DNA of 28,376 nt, taken from positions 1 through 28,376 of the forward strand of contig JABEVA010000265.1 in NCBI GenBank assembly GCA_013044065.1, written 5' to 3'. This DNA is from Phycisphaerae bacterium (GTDB lineage: Bacteria > Planctomycetota > Phycisphaerae > WQYP01). The notes under the pieces were generated by a model. That model did no database searches, had not been told where the DNA came from, and was given only the letters and a program-made list of their open reading frames with translations. The position numbers and the translations under genes were made by a program. This document shows, one piece after another, positions 15,428 to 24,190 of this stretch; the first letter of the stretch is position 1, and each line of letters starts with the position of its first letter.

Positions 15428-17044
15428 ATGCCTGAGCAAAGTGACCTCCAGCCTATGACCGCAGTAAGCACAAAACCAGCTCCACATCTCACCACGGCAA
15501 ACTGGCGGCCCAGCCTGAATCCATGGCTGATTGCCGTTTCGGTCATGCTATGCACCTTTATGGAAGTGTTGGACACCTCCATTGCCAACGTAGCGTTGCC
15601 CCATATCGCCGGCAGCCTTTCCATCACCCCGGACGAAGCCACCTGGGTGCTCACCAGCTACCTGATATCCAACGCCATTATCCTGCCTACCACCGGCTGG
15701 TTCAGCCGCACCTTTGGTCGCAAGCGATTCTTGCTAGTTTGCATTGGCATTTTTACCATCGGCTCTCTGGCTTGCGGAGTGGCCCCCAACATTCAAACCC
15801 TGATTATTGCCCGTGTCATTCAAGGTGCCGGCGGCGGGGCGCTCCAGCCCAGCGCCCAGGCCATCTTGCTCGAGAGTTTTCCGCCAGCCAAACGCGGTCA
15901 GGCCATGGCGTTTTATACCTTTGGAATTATCTTCGCCCCCATCATCGGTCCGACATTGGGCGGATGGATTACCGATTCCGCCACCTGGCGCTGGGTTTTC
16001 TACATCAATGTACCCGTGGGCGTTGTCGCCGCAATGATGGTTGTATCTTTTATCGAAGACCCGCCCTACATCCGCAATGCCGCTAAAACTACGCTCGACT
16101 ACATAGGCTTTGCCTTGTTGGCGATCTGGCTTTCCTGCTTGCAAGTGGTGCTCGATAAGGGCCAGGAAGCCGACTGGTTCGGAGCGCTTTATATTCGTTG
16201 GCTGGTGGCCGCGGCCGCCATCACCTTTCTGGCCTTTGTAATTTGGGAACTCACCGCCGAACATCCCGTTGTAAATTTGCGGGCGCTGCGCAATCGTAAC
16301 TTTGCCGCCGGCACCGCCATTGTATTGGCTATCGGAATGGTGCTTTATGGAACCACGGCCCTGTTGCCCCTCTTTTTACAGACTCTGCTCAATTATCCGG
16401 CTCTACAAAGCGGGCTGGCAGTAAGCCCGCGTGGGTTTGGCTCTATCGTCGCCATATTAATCGTTGGAAGAATTGTGAATTGGTTTGATACCCGCATCTT
16501 CATCGTTGCCGGTTTGGCCCTTTTGTCGTGGTCGAGTTTCGCCTTGGGCCGGGTGAATCTGGACATCGGCATGCTCAGCGTCACCTGGCCCATCATCGTC
16601 AATGGCTTTGCCGTGAGTATGCTTTTTATTCCCCTGAGTGTTACCACCATGAGCACGCTGCGCAACGATCAGATCGGCAACGCCACCGGCATCTATAACC
16701 TCATGCGCAACATTGGCGGGGCCATCGGCATTTCCATTACCACCACCCTGTTGGCACGACATTCTCAATGGGTCCAGAATATGCTGGTCGGCAATGTTTC
16801 CACCACCAATGCCAATTTTCATCAAAACGTCGCCGCCATCACCACTGCCCTGCCACGTCAAAGCTCCCCTGCGGCCGCCACCCATCTCACCTATGGCATC
16901 ATCTACCAGCAGTTGCAACAGCAGGCCCAAGCCATGGCCTATGTTCATGATTTTCGACTGCTTGGCTTCATGTGTTTGGCCTGTATTCCCCTGGTCTTGT
17001 TGCTGCGCAGCCCCAAAGTGATGCGCAAAGTTGCGGTCCACTAA
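15428..17044 (+). CDS. DHA2 (EmrB/QacA) family 14-TM MFS efflux permease, 538 aa
   Basis: FMEVLDTSIANVALPHIAGSL, WVLTSYLISNAI, RVIQGAGGG, GPTLGGWITD..TWRWVFYINVP, YNLMRNIGGAIG, and a large loop before the last TM. Confidence 0.93.
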   Translation: MPEQSDLQPMTAVSTKPAPHLTTANWRPSLNPWLIAVSVMLCTFMEVLDTSIANVALPHIAGSLSITPDEATWVLTSYLISNAIILPTTGWFSRTFGRKRFLLVCIGIFTIGSLACGVAPNIQTLIIARVIQGAGGGALQPSAQAILLESFPPAKRGQAMAFYTFGIIFAPIIGPTLGGWITDSATWRWVFYINVPVGVVAAMMVVSFIEDPPYIRNAAKTTLDYIGFALLAIWLSCLQVVLDKGQEADWFGALYIRWLVAAAAITFLAFVIWELTAEHPVVNLRALRNRNFAAGTAIVLAIGMVLYGTTALLPLFLQTLLNYPALQSGLAVSPRGFGSIVAILIVGRIVNWFDTRIFIVAGLALLSWSSFALGRVNLDIGMLSVTWPIIVNGFAVSMLFIPLSVTTMSTLRNDQIGNATGIYNLMRNIGGAIGISITTTLLARHSQWVQNMLVGNVSTTNANFHQNVAAITTALPRQSSPAAATHLTYGIIYQQLQQQAQAMAYVHDFRLLGFMCLACIPLVLLLRSPKVMRKVAVH

Positions 17045-17077
17045 AAAAGAACCGGGTCCGTGAGGCTAAGAATACTG

Positions 17078-17109
17078 GTGGGCAAGATGCCCGCCCCGCA
17101 TCGGCGGGG
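17078..17109 (+). repeat. REP-like palindromic element and adjacent GC hairpin
   Basis: GTGGGCA-AGA-TGCCCGC hairpin (17078-17094) overlapping CCCCGC-ATCG-GCGGGG (17094-17109), 34 nt after the DHA2 stop. A degenerate copy (17/23) lies on the minus strand at 27805-27827. Confidence 0.5.
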
Positions 17110-17235
17110 ATGACGGAATTAACCACGACCGACCCGAAGAACGGGGTAAGACACGGCCCCGCCAATTACCCGACGGCGTTATAGGCCGCTGAGCGGTTGC
17201 AGGTTATCGGAACAGATCGTATTGTTTTCTCCATG

Positions 17236-17262
17236 TTGATGGTGGGCATGGACCGATAGAAT
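17236..17262 (+). promoter_or_regulatory. Putative promoter of the nucleosidase gene, predicted leaderless
   Basis: TAGAAT (17257-17262) ends 8 nt before the ATG at 17270, with no SD. Weak -35 TTGATG (17236-17241) with a 15-nt spacer. Confidence 0.4.
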
Positions 17263-17269
17263 AAAAGCG

Positions 17270-18001
17270 ATGGATACTCAAACGGCTTGTGATACCCGCA
17301 CCTTATTAATACTGACCGCCTTAAAAGCGGAATATCAGGTGGCTCGTGCTGTGGTCAAACAATGGCAACTCGACACGCCGACGGCCATTCGGGCCGCCGC
17401 CTACGAAAATATTGTTGTGGAACAGATCGGTATGGGCGGCTGTTTCCTCAAAGAAATTCTGCCCCGCTATTATCACAGTCAGGTCACCGGCGTGGTAACC
17501 GCCGGTCTTGCGGGAGCCTGCAGTCCCGAGTTGGCGGTGGGCGATCTGGTAATCGACAGCAACTCCCACGAAGCTCTGCGCGTGGAGGAAATAATCAATG
17601 CCATGTCCAACGGTCAACGCTGTGTTATCGGCCCAATTCACACCAGCAAGCACATGGTTGGCGATACCGCCCAGAAAAAAGAACTTTTTGTAAAAGGCAA
17701 ATTTATTGCTGTTGACATGGAAAACAAGGCCACCTCCCAGTTCGCCCAACGACGCAATGTGCCGTGGATCGGTCTTCGCACCATCAGCGATACCGCCATG
17801 GATTCCCTGCCCGGCCAGATCGCCCAATTCATGGATCCCGCCGGCAACGTGCGACCGCTGGCCCTGACCATTACCATAGCGGCCAATCCGCGCATCATCG
17901 GAAATTTAATGCGCTTGGGAAAAGCCTCCAACATCGCATCACGCAAACTTGCCGAGGCCATTGGCGCTGTTATTCGCTCCGGATGGCCGTTCCACGCGTA
18001 G
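17270..18001 (+). CDS. Nucleoside phosphorylase/nucleosidase-fold protein (MTA/SAH nucleosidase- or HpnG-like), 243 aa
   Basis: LTALKAE, AGLAGACSPELAVGDLVI, AVDME and LRTISD match the PNP_UDP_1 / MTAN motif series. Confidence 0.8.
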   Translation: MDTQTACDTRTLLILTALKAEYQVARAVVKQWQLDTPTAIRAAAYENIVVEQIGMGGCFLKEILPRYYHSQVTGVVTAGLAGACSPELAVGDLVIDSNSHEALRVEEIINAMSNGQRCVIGPIHTSKHMVGDTAQKKELFVKGKFIAVDMENKATSQFAQRRNVPWIGLRTISDTAMDSLPGQIAQFMDPAGNVRPLALTITIAANPRIIGNLMRLGKASNIASRKLAEAIGAVIRSGWPFHA

Positions 18002-18050
18002 ATTCACGCCCACCACACCCCTCTTTGACGCCACCAGCTTCCATAATCGC

Positions 18051-19019
18051 TCACCCCCATCGCTGCGGATTGACCGGGTGAACCGGACGTTTACCGGAGC
18101 TCATTGCCAGAAGATCCTCCGCGGCCATCACCGCCATCTCTCCGCGCGTGGCCACCGTCGCACTGCCGATATGGGGCAGCAATATCGCATTTTTCAAGCT
18201 CGCCAAGCCCGCACTCAGCATCGGCTCGTGTTCAAAAACATCCAAGCCCGCCGCGAAAATCCGGTTTTCCCGCAACGCCTCCACCAGGGCCTGTTCATCC
18301 ACCAGCGGTCCGCGTGCGGTGTTAATTAAGATCGCCGCCGGCTTCATCATGGCCAGTTGTTTTGCGCCGATGATATGTCGCGTTTGATCCGTCAACGGAG
18401 CATGCAGCGACACAAAATCCGCCTCTCTGAGCAACCCCTCCAGATCTACACGTACCGCGCCGATCTGATCAAATTCCCGATGCAAGCCGCGGGAATAATA
18501 CAGCACTTGCATATCAAAGCCGGCCGCCATTTTAGCCACCCGCAGGCCTATACGCCCCGCGCCGATAATGCCCAGCACCTTTCCCACCATGTCCACCCCC
18601 AGATAATCCAGTGGCGCCCAACCACGCCATTGGCCCCCCCGTACCACGCCATCGGCCTCCACCAGCCGCCGGGCGCACGCCAGCATCAATCCCATGGCAA
18701 TTTCCGCCGTAGCGTTGGTCAACACATCCGGGGTGTTACTTACACCAATGCCGCGCCGTGTGCATTCGGCCACATCAATGTTGTTAAATCCGACCGCATA
18801 ATTGCTGATGGCTTTCACCCGCGGACACCGGTCCAGAAATGCCACATCAATGCGATCCGTCAGCATGGAAACAATGCCGTCACAATCCGCGGCAGCCATG
18901 ACCAACTCATCGGCGGTCATCGGCCGATCATACGGATTCACCTTGACCGATCCACCACGACGCAGGCGATCCAGACCAACTGCCGGTATGCTTCGCGTTA
19001 CCAGAAATGAAACAGCCAT
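18051..19019 (-). CDS. D-isomer-specific 2-hydroxyacid dehydrogenase (glyoxylate/hydroxypyruvate reductase, GyaR/GhrB-like), 322 aa
   Basis: YAVGFNNID, NTPDVLT.ATAE, GIIGAGRIG, SLHAPLT, LINTARG, AGLDVFEHEP, LPHIGSAT. Confidence 0.92.
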   Translation of the reverse strand: MAVSFLVTRSIPAVGLDRLRRGGSVKVNPYDRPMTADELVMAAADCDGIVSMLTDRIDVAFLDRCPRVKAISNYAVGFNNIDVAECTRRGIGVSNTPDVLTNATAEIAMGLMLACARRLVEADGVVRGGQWRGWAPLDYLGVDMVGKVLGIIGAGRIGLRVAKMAAGFDMQVLYYSRGLHREFDQIGAVRVDLEGLLREADFVSLHAPLTDQTRHIIGAKQLAMMKPAAILINTARGPLVDEQALVEALRENRIFAAGLDVFEHEPMLSAGLASLKNAILLPHIGSATVATRGEMAVMAAEDLLAMSSGKRPVHPVNPQRWG

Positions 19020-19029
19020 GCCGGTTCTC

Positions 19030-20172
19030 CTAACTTACCACCACGCGGTGCAGCCGCTCGCCCAGCCGGGTTGCCAATTCATAGCCAATGGTCCGGCATC
19101 GTTCCGCCAGACGATCCATGCTATAGCTCGCGGTCAATTGATCACTAATCAAGGTCACTTCATCGCCCACCCTCGCCGCCACATCCGTGATGTCCAAAAT
19201 GGTTTGGTCCATGCTGATCCGCCCCACCACCGGCACTTCCCGATCCAGCACACCTGCCACGGCCTGACCGGACAATTCCCGCGGGTAGCCATCAGCGTAA
19301 CCCACCGGCACAATGGCCAGACGGCTGCGACGGCTTGTGCGAAAGCTGTGGCCATAACCCACGCCCGTGCCCGCCGGTCTTTCATGCACCGCGGTGATGG
19401 GAGCCACCAGCTTGGCCACAGGCCTTAATTCTGGAAGCATGCAGTTCAGTGATGGTTGCAGGCCATACATGGCAATACCAAGCCGCACCATGTCCAGGCC
19501 GATATCTCCTTCATGCCATGTGCCCCCTGAGTTCTGAGCATGCAGCACCACCTCCGCATGCCGCTTCTTCAGCGGACCTGCTATCTGGCGGAAAATCGCC
19601 AACTCTGCGGCTGTGGCCGGGCTGCCCGGCTCATCGCCATGCGACAGGTGCATATAAATGCCGGCCAATTTCAACTCCGGCAGTGAAAGGATCTGCTCCA
19701 ACAGCCGCGGAGCTTCGCCTACCTCCGCCCCCTGTCGGGTAAGGCCGGTATCAATTTGCACATGCACCGGTACGCGCATTTGTGGTTGCTTTTTTCTAAT
19801 CACGTCCGCCAAAACCAGCGCCGATGCTGAATCGGTCAGCGTCAGGCCAAGGCGACCGCTGCGCAAAAAATCCCACGCCGCCCCATTCAACTCCACACTC
19901 CCCTGCCAACTCACCACCGGCGCAAGCACCAGCACCGATCCCTCCCAGCCCAACGCCGCTACCTGCAGCGCTTCAGCGAGTGAATACACGCACACCCAGG
20001 CCACGCCGATCTTCCGCAGCAGTGGAACCACCACCGACAACCCATGCCCGTAAGCATTGGCCTTGACCGTTGCGCACTGCGTTGCGCCACGGCCTCCGCG
20101 CTGCCGCAGCAAACGGATGTTGCCGCGTAAGGCCGTCTCACTGATCAACAAGGTACCGTGCTGCGCCATCAT
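19030..20172 (-). CDS. alr: Alanine racemase, ~380 aa
   Basis: PLP-lysine motif VKANAYGHG, IDTG..R.G, VRLGIAMYG, catalytic Tyr in GVGYG, VGYADGYPR, GRISMDQ, TIGYE. ATG 20172 overlaps the tsaC stop (ATGA). Confidence 0.93.
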   Translation of the reverse strand: MMAQHGTLLISETALRGNIRLLRQRGGRGATQCATVKANAYGHGLSVVVPLLRKIGVAWVCVYSLAEALQVAALGWEGSVLVLAPVVSWQGSVELNGAAWDFLRSGRLGLTLTDSASALVLADVIRKKQPQMRVPVHVQIDTGLTRQGAEVGEAPRLLEQILSLPELKLAGIYMHLSHGDEPGSPATAAELAIFRQIAGPLKKRHAEVVLHAQNSGGTWHEGDIGLDMVRLGIAMYGLQPSLNCMLPELRPVAKLVAPITAVHERPAGTGVGYGHSFRTSRRSRLAIVPVGYADGYPRELSGQAVAGVLDREVPVVGRISMDQTILDITDVAARVGDEVTLISDQLTASYSMDRLAERCRTIGYELATRLGERLHRVVVS

Positions 20173-21191
20173 GGCGGCCACTCCCGCGAAGCACGCCTGA
20201 TCCGATCTCGAATGGCCGTCCACACATCGCCCCGATCCGGCGGCATTTCGATCAAAATCAAATCATAACCATGGCTATCGGCAATCCGGAGATTTTTATA
20301 CAAGTGCCTGGCGTACTGCTCGCCATGCTCTGATAAATGGATCAACACTTCCTGGCCTCGCGCCGGCCTGGCGTCATCACAAGTCAAACGCACCACCCAC
20401 GCCTGGGGCCGATACCGGTTCAGCCACGCCCTCACCAGGTGCCACTCGCCCTGCCCATACCGGTACGTGGGTGTAACCGGCGCATAATGCCGCCTCAACA
20501 TGCCCGGACTTTTCGCTGCGGCATTGCCACTGACCGAGCTTGTCTGGATGGCCTCGGCCTTGGTGCCAAGCTTTCTACGCAGCGCCGCACGAATCATTTC
20601 CACCGTGACAATCCCAGGCCGCAGCACCACCGGCGGATCAACCGTCAGATCAATCACCGTCGATTCCACACCCACCGCGCACGCTCCTCCATCCAGAATT
20701 AGGGGTATGCGACCGCCCAGTTCCGCCAGCACATCTGCTGCCGTCGTCGGTGAAACATGTCCTGATAAATTGGCACTTGGTGCCGCAATCGGCTCTCCGA
20801 AGGCTGCCAGTAAACGCTGCGCAGCCCTGTGGGATGGACAACGCACGGCCATGGTGGGCATACCGGCAGACACCTCCGCTGGAATCTTTCTTCCACGCCC
20901 TACCACCATAGTTAAAGGCCCCGGCCAGAAACGCCTGGCCAATATCCGTGCCACGTCGCCAAACCCCGTCGCGTATTCTTCGGCCTGTCTCCGATCACGC
21001 ACATGCACAATCAGCGGATTACCGGCGGGCCGCCGTTTCACCTTATAAATCCGCCGGATCGCGGCGACATTCGTCGCATCCGCTCCCAGACCATACACAG
21101 TTTCAGTCGCAAACGCGACCAGTTCACCCGCACGCAGCAACGCAGCCGCCTCCGCTATTCCCTCGTCGGCCAATCGAATAATTGTTGTCAC
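20169..21191 (-). CDS. tsaC: L-threonylcarbamoyladenylate synthase, Sua5 type (YrdC domain plus Sua5 C-terminal domain), ~340 aa
   Basis: TETVYGLGAD, K.RP..NPLIVH, FWPGPLT, AAPSANLSG, GVESTV, PGM..RHYAP. GTG 21191 lies 1 nt after the fabI stop (ORF track extends to ATG 21221). Confidence 0.93.
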   Translation of the reverse strand: MTTIIRLADEGIAEAAALLRAGELVAFATETVYGLGADATNVAAIRRIYKVKRRPAGNPLIVHVRDRRQAEEYATGFGDVARILARRFWPGPLTMVVGRGRKIPAEVSAGMPTMAVRCPSHRAAQRLLAAFGEPIAAPSANLSGHVSPTTAADVLAELGGRIPLILDGGACAVGVESTVIDLTVDPPVVLRPGIVTVEMIRAALRRKLGTKAEAIQTSSVSGNAAAKSPGMLRRHYAPVTPTYRYGQGEWHLVRAWLNRYRPQAWVVRLTCDDARPARGQEVLIHLSEHGEQYARHLYKNLRIADSHGYDLILIEMPPDRGDVWTAIRDRIRRASREWPP

Positions 21192-21192
21192 T

Positions 21193-21975
21193 TTACCAGC
21201 CAACGATGTTGTAGCCGCCATCTACATAAATGGTTTCGCCCGTGACACCACTTGAAAGTTCGCTGCACAGGTAAATAGCCGTCTTGCCAACATGTACGGC
21301 CGCCGTATCGCCATCCCACGGCAACGGTGCCTTTTCCGTGTAGTGAACCATCATTTTATCGATGTCCCCTATCCCCCGCGCCGCCATGGTTTTAATGGCC
21401 CCCGCACTGATCGCATTCACACGCACATGCTTTTCATGCCGGCCCAGCTCCGCCGCCAGGTACCGCACGGAACATTCCAGCGCCGCCTTGGCCACCGCCA
21501 TCACGTTGTACATTGGAATAAATTTCTCCGCCCCCAGATAACTCATCGTTAAGATGCTTCCATCAACATTCATCAGCGGCACCGCCGCCCGGGCCAGCGC
21601 CACCAGCGAATAAGCGCTGATATCCAGCGCCGTTCGCCACGCCTCGCGACTCGTTTGAAGAAATGGATTGTGCAGGGCCTCCCCCGGCGCAAAGGCCAGC
21701 GAATGAATGAGAATATCAAATGTCCCGAACTTTTCCGCCGTCATCTCAAACGCACGCTCAATATCCTCATCCTTACTCACGTCGCACGGAACCAGAAACC
21801 TCGGCCCGAAAGGTTCCACGGCTTTAACCACACGGCGTTCGATTTTCTCCCCCGGTAGAAAGGAAAACGCCAGTTCACAACCATGGTGATGCAACTGCTC
21901 GGCAATATGCCAGCCGATCGAATATTCATTCAACACTCCAAAGACCAGGGCCTTTTTACCTGACAATAGTGCCAT
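21193..21975 (-). CDS. fabI: Enoyl-ACP reductase (NADH) FabI, 260 aa
   Basis: GV.N..SIGW.IA, CDV, HSLAFAP, DISAYSL, catalytic YNVMAVAKAALE, VNAISAG.IKT, YVDGG; AAGGGA RBS. Confidence 0.95.
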   Translation of the reverse strand: MALLSGKKALVFGVLNEYSIGWHIAEQLHHHGCELAFSFLPGEKIERRVVKAVEPFGPRFLVPCDVSKDEDIERAFEMTAEKFGTFDILIHSLAFAPGEALHNPFLQTSREAWRTALDISAYSLVALARAAVPLMNVDGSILTMSYLGAEKFIPMYNVMAVAKAALECSVRYLAAELGRHEKHVRVNAISAGAIKTMAARGIGDIDKMMVHYTEKAPLPWDGDTAAVHVGKTAIYLCSELSSGVTGETIYVDGGYNIVGW

Positions 21976-22031
21976 ACAATATTCCCTTTGTTAGAATTTA
22001 CCCGTCCTGTGGAGTACCACGGAGGCTCATC

Positions 22032-22724
22032 TTAACGCGGATAGTCACCACGCAGCATTCTTATTGCAGACACCCGGTCCTCACCGTGGAACACCGCCGC
22101 CCCCGCCACCAGCACATCCGCTCCGGCTTCCAACGCATCGTGCGCCGTGCGCAGCCCGATACCCCCGTCAATCGACAGCCGCTGGTGCGGACCCAGCCTA
22201 TGCCGCAGCCAGCGCACCTTTTCCAGCGTCTGAGGAATAAAATTCTGCCCCGTAAAACCTGGATGCACACTCATCACCAGTACCACATCCACCACCGGAA
22301 GAACACCCTCCAGCATTTCCGCCGGCGTTTCCGGGTTTAACGATATGCCCGCCGTGACGCCATGATCGTGAATGCGTTTAATTACCTCCAGGGCTCCAAA
22401 TGATTTCAGCCCCGGCGCTTCTATGTGAAACGTAATATTGCCCGCCCCCGCATCCACGAACGGCTTGATGAAATCCTGCGGATCCGTCACCATCAGATGC
22501 ACGTCCTGCATCAGCCGGCAGCAATGCGCCAGCGCCAATGCCACATCCGGACCCATCGTCAGATTCGGCACAAAATGCCCATCCATCACATCCACGTGAA
22601 TGAGGTCCGCGCCCGCCCGCTCCACATCCGCCGCTTCCTCTCCCAAACGGGCGAAATCAGCAGCCAGAATGGAGGGTGCAATCAAGGGCAAATGCGGCGG
22701 GCGGACAAAGATATTATTCATCAT
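22032..22724 (-). CDS. rpe: Ribulose-phosphate 3-epimerase, ~230 aa
   Basis: [59 protein letters not shown]. Start is ATG 22724/22721, or GTG 22766 overlapping the pgk stop. Confidence 0.96.
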   Translation of the reverse strand: MMNNIFVRPPHLPLIAPSILAADFARLGEEAADVERAGADLIHVDVMDGHFVPNLTMGPDVALALAHCCRLMQDVHLMVTDPQDFIKPFVDAGAGNITFHIEAPGLKSFGALEVIKRIHDHGVTAGISLNPETPAEMLEGVLPVVDVVLVMSVHPGFTGQNFIPQTLEKVRWLRHRLGPHQRLSIDGGIGLRTAHDALEAGADVLVAGAAVFHGEDRVSAIRMLRGDYPR

Positions 22725-22762
22725 GCAGCCACCCATCCGCCGCCACCACGGCCCATTTTGCT

Positions 22763-23956
22763 TCACACATTATCGAGAATCTCAATACACGCAAATCCAC
22801 GACCTTCCATAAACTCCAGGCTCGCCCCACCGCCGGTGGACACATGTGACACCTTATCCGCCAGGCCGAATTTCTCAATTGCCGCCGCCGAATCGCCGCC
22901 GCCGATAATCGTCACCGCACCATGACCCGTCGTTATTTTTGCCAACATGTTCGCAATCGCCCGCGTACCAGCCTGAAACGGCTTCTTTTCAAACACTCCC
23001 ATCGGACCATTCCAGACCACCGTCCGCGCGGACTCCAGCTTGCTCTCGTAAAGCCGAGTGGTTCTCGGACCGATATCAAAACCCTCCATCCCATCTGGAA
23101 TATCGCCTTCCACTACCCCAGTAACCGCATCATCCGTCATTTCCGATGCGATCACGTTGTCCACCGGCAGAATCAATTTAGGACCGGCTGCCTCCAGGAG
23201 CTTTCGGGCCAACTCCACCTTGTCCTTTTCGCACAATGACTTCCCGATTTTCTTGCCCTGCGCCAGAAAAAATGTATATGCCATGGCCCCGCCGATCAGC
23301 ACGCAATCGGCCTTGCCCAGGAGATTTTCAATCACCGCGATTTTATCTGAGACTTTGGCCCCGCCCAGAATCGCCACAAACGGCCGTACCGGATGTTCCA
23401 AAGCTTCCCCAAGAAATTGCAGTTCCTTTTCAATTAAAAATCCGATGGCCCGTTTACCGGCACCGATCTTCTCCGCCACGCCGTAGGTGGAGGCATGTTG
23501 CCGATGCGCTGTGCCAAAGGCATCGTTGACATAGCATTGCCCCAGCGCCGCAAGCTCCGCCGCCAGAACTGGATCATTCTTTTCCTCGCCCTTGTGAAAT
23601 CGCGTATTTTCCAGCAGCACCACGTCGCCGTTGTGCATGCCGTTCACCAGCGCCGTTACAGCCGGGCCAACGCAATCCGGACCCATTGCCACCTTTGTCT
23701 TAAGCAATTCACCCAGCCGCACCGCCACCGGTCGCAGCGAAAATTTTGCTTCCGGACCGCCCTTGGGCCTGCCTAAATGGCTCATGAGTACCGCACGACC
23801 CCCACGCTCAATAATGTTGCGTATGGTCGGCAATGCTGCCACAATCCGCCGGTCATCCGTGATCTGACCGGCCTCATCCAGCGGCACATTAAAATCCACG
23901 CGTACCAGAACTTTTTGATTACGAACCTCAAGTTGCGCTACCGTTTTCTTAGCCAT
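22763..23956 (-). CDS. pgk: Phosphoglycerate kinase, 397 aa
   Basis: [61 protein letters not shown]. Confidence 0.98.
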   Translation of the reverse strand: MAKKTVAQLEVRNQKVLVRVDFNVPLDEAGQITDDRRIVAALPTIRNIIERGGRAVLMSHLGRPKGGPEAKFSLRPVAVRLGELLKTKVAMGPDCVGPAVTALVNGMHNGDVVLLENTRFHKGEEKNDPVLAAELAALGQCYVNDAFGTAHRQHASTYGVAEKIGAGKRAIGFLIEKELQFLGEALEHPVRPFVAILGGAKVSDKIAVIENLLGKADCVLIGGAMAYTFFLAQGKKIGKSLCEKDKVELARKLLEAAGPKLILPVDNVIASEMTDDAVTGVVEGDIPDGMEGFDIGPRTTRLYESKLESARTVVWNGPMGVFEKKPFQAGTRAIANMLAKITTGHGAVTIIGGGDSAAAIEKFGLADKVSHVSTGGGASLEFMEGRGFACIEILDNV

Positions 23957-23999
23957 TGACGTTTACATTCCCAATTCAATCCAGGTTCCCGAAGCTTAC

Positions 24000-24027
24000 A
24001 TCATAACCCTGATGCACCAGCCCGGAA
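24000..24027 (-). promoter_or_regulatory. Putative promoter of the pgk operon
   Basis: Minus-strand TATGAT (24005-24000) with a weak -35 TTCCGG (24027-24022). Confidence 0.4.
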
Positions 24028-24110
24028 AACCACAACGCCATGCTATGGATTCTCGGCCCATCGGTCAAGAAGGCCCCGTACAGCGTGCAGCCACACATGC
24101 TTCGACTCTT

Positions 24111-24139
24111 TTGGCGGTTTTTGTGCTGGCCCTTATAAT
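24111..24139 (+). promoter_or_regulatory. Putative sigma70 promoter of uvrA
   Basis: TTGGCG (24111-24116), 17-nt spacer, TATAAT (24134-24139); GGAG (24181-24184) precedes GTG 24191. Confidence 0.65.
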
Positions 24140-24190
24140 CAACAGTTCGGTTTTGGCGGTCTCTGCACCGCCCCGAGATTGGAGAATTGC

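Noticed and set aside
21193-21221. Apparent 29-nt fabI/tsaC overlap
   Set aside because: It disappears if tsaC starts at GTG 21191, directly after the fabI stop.
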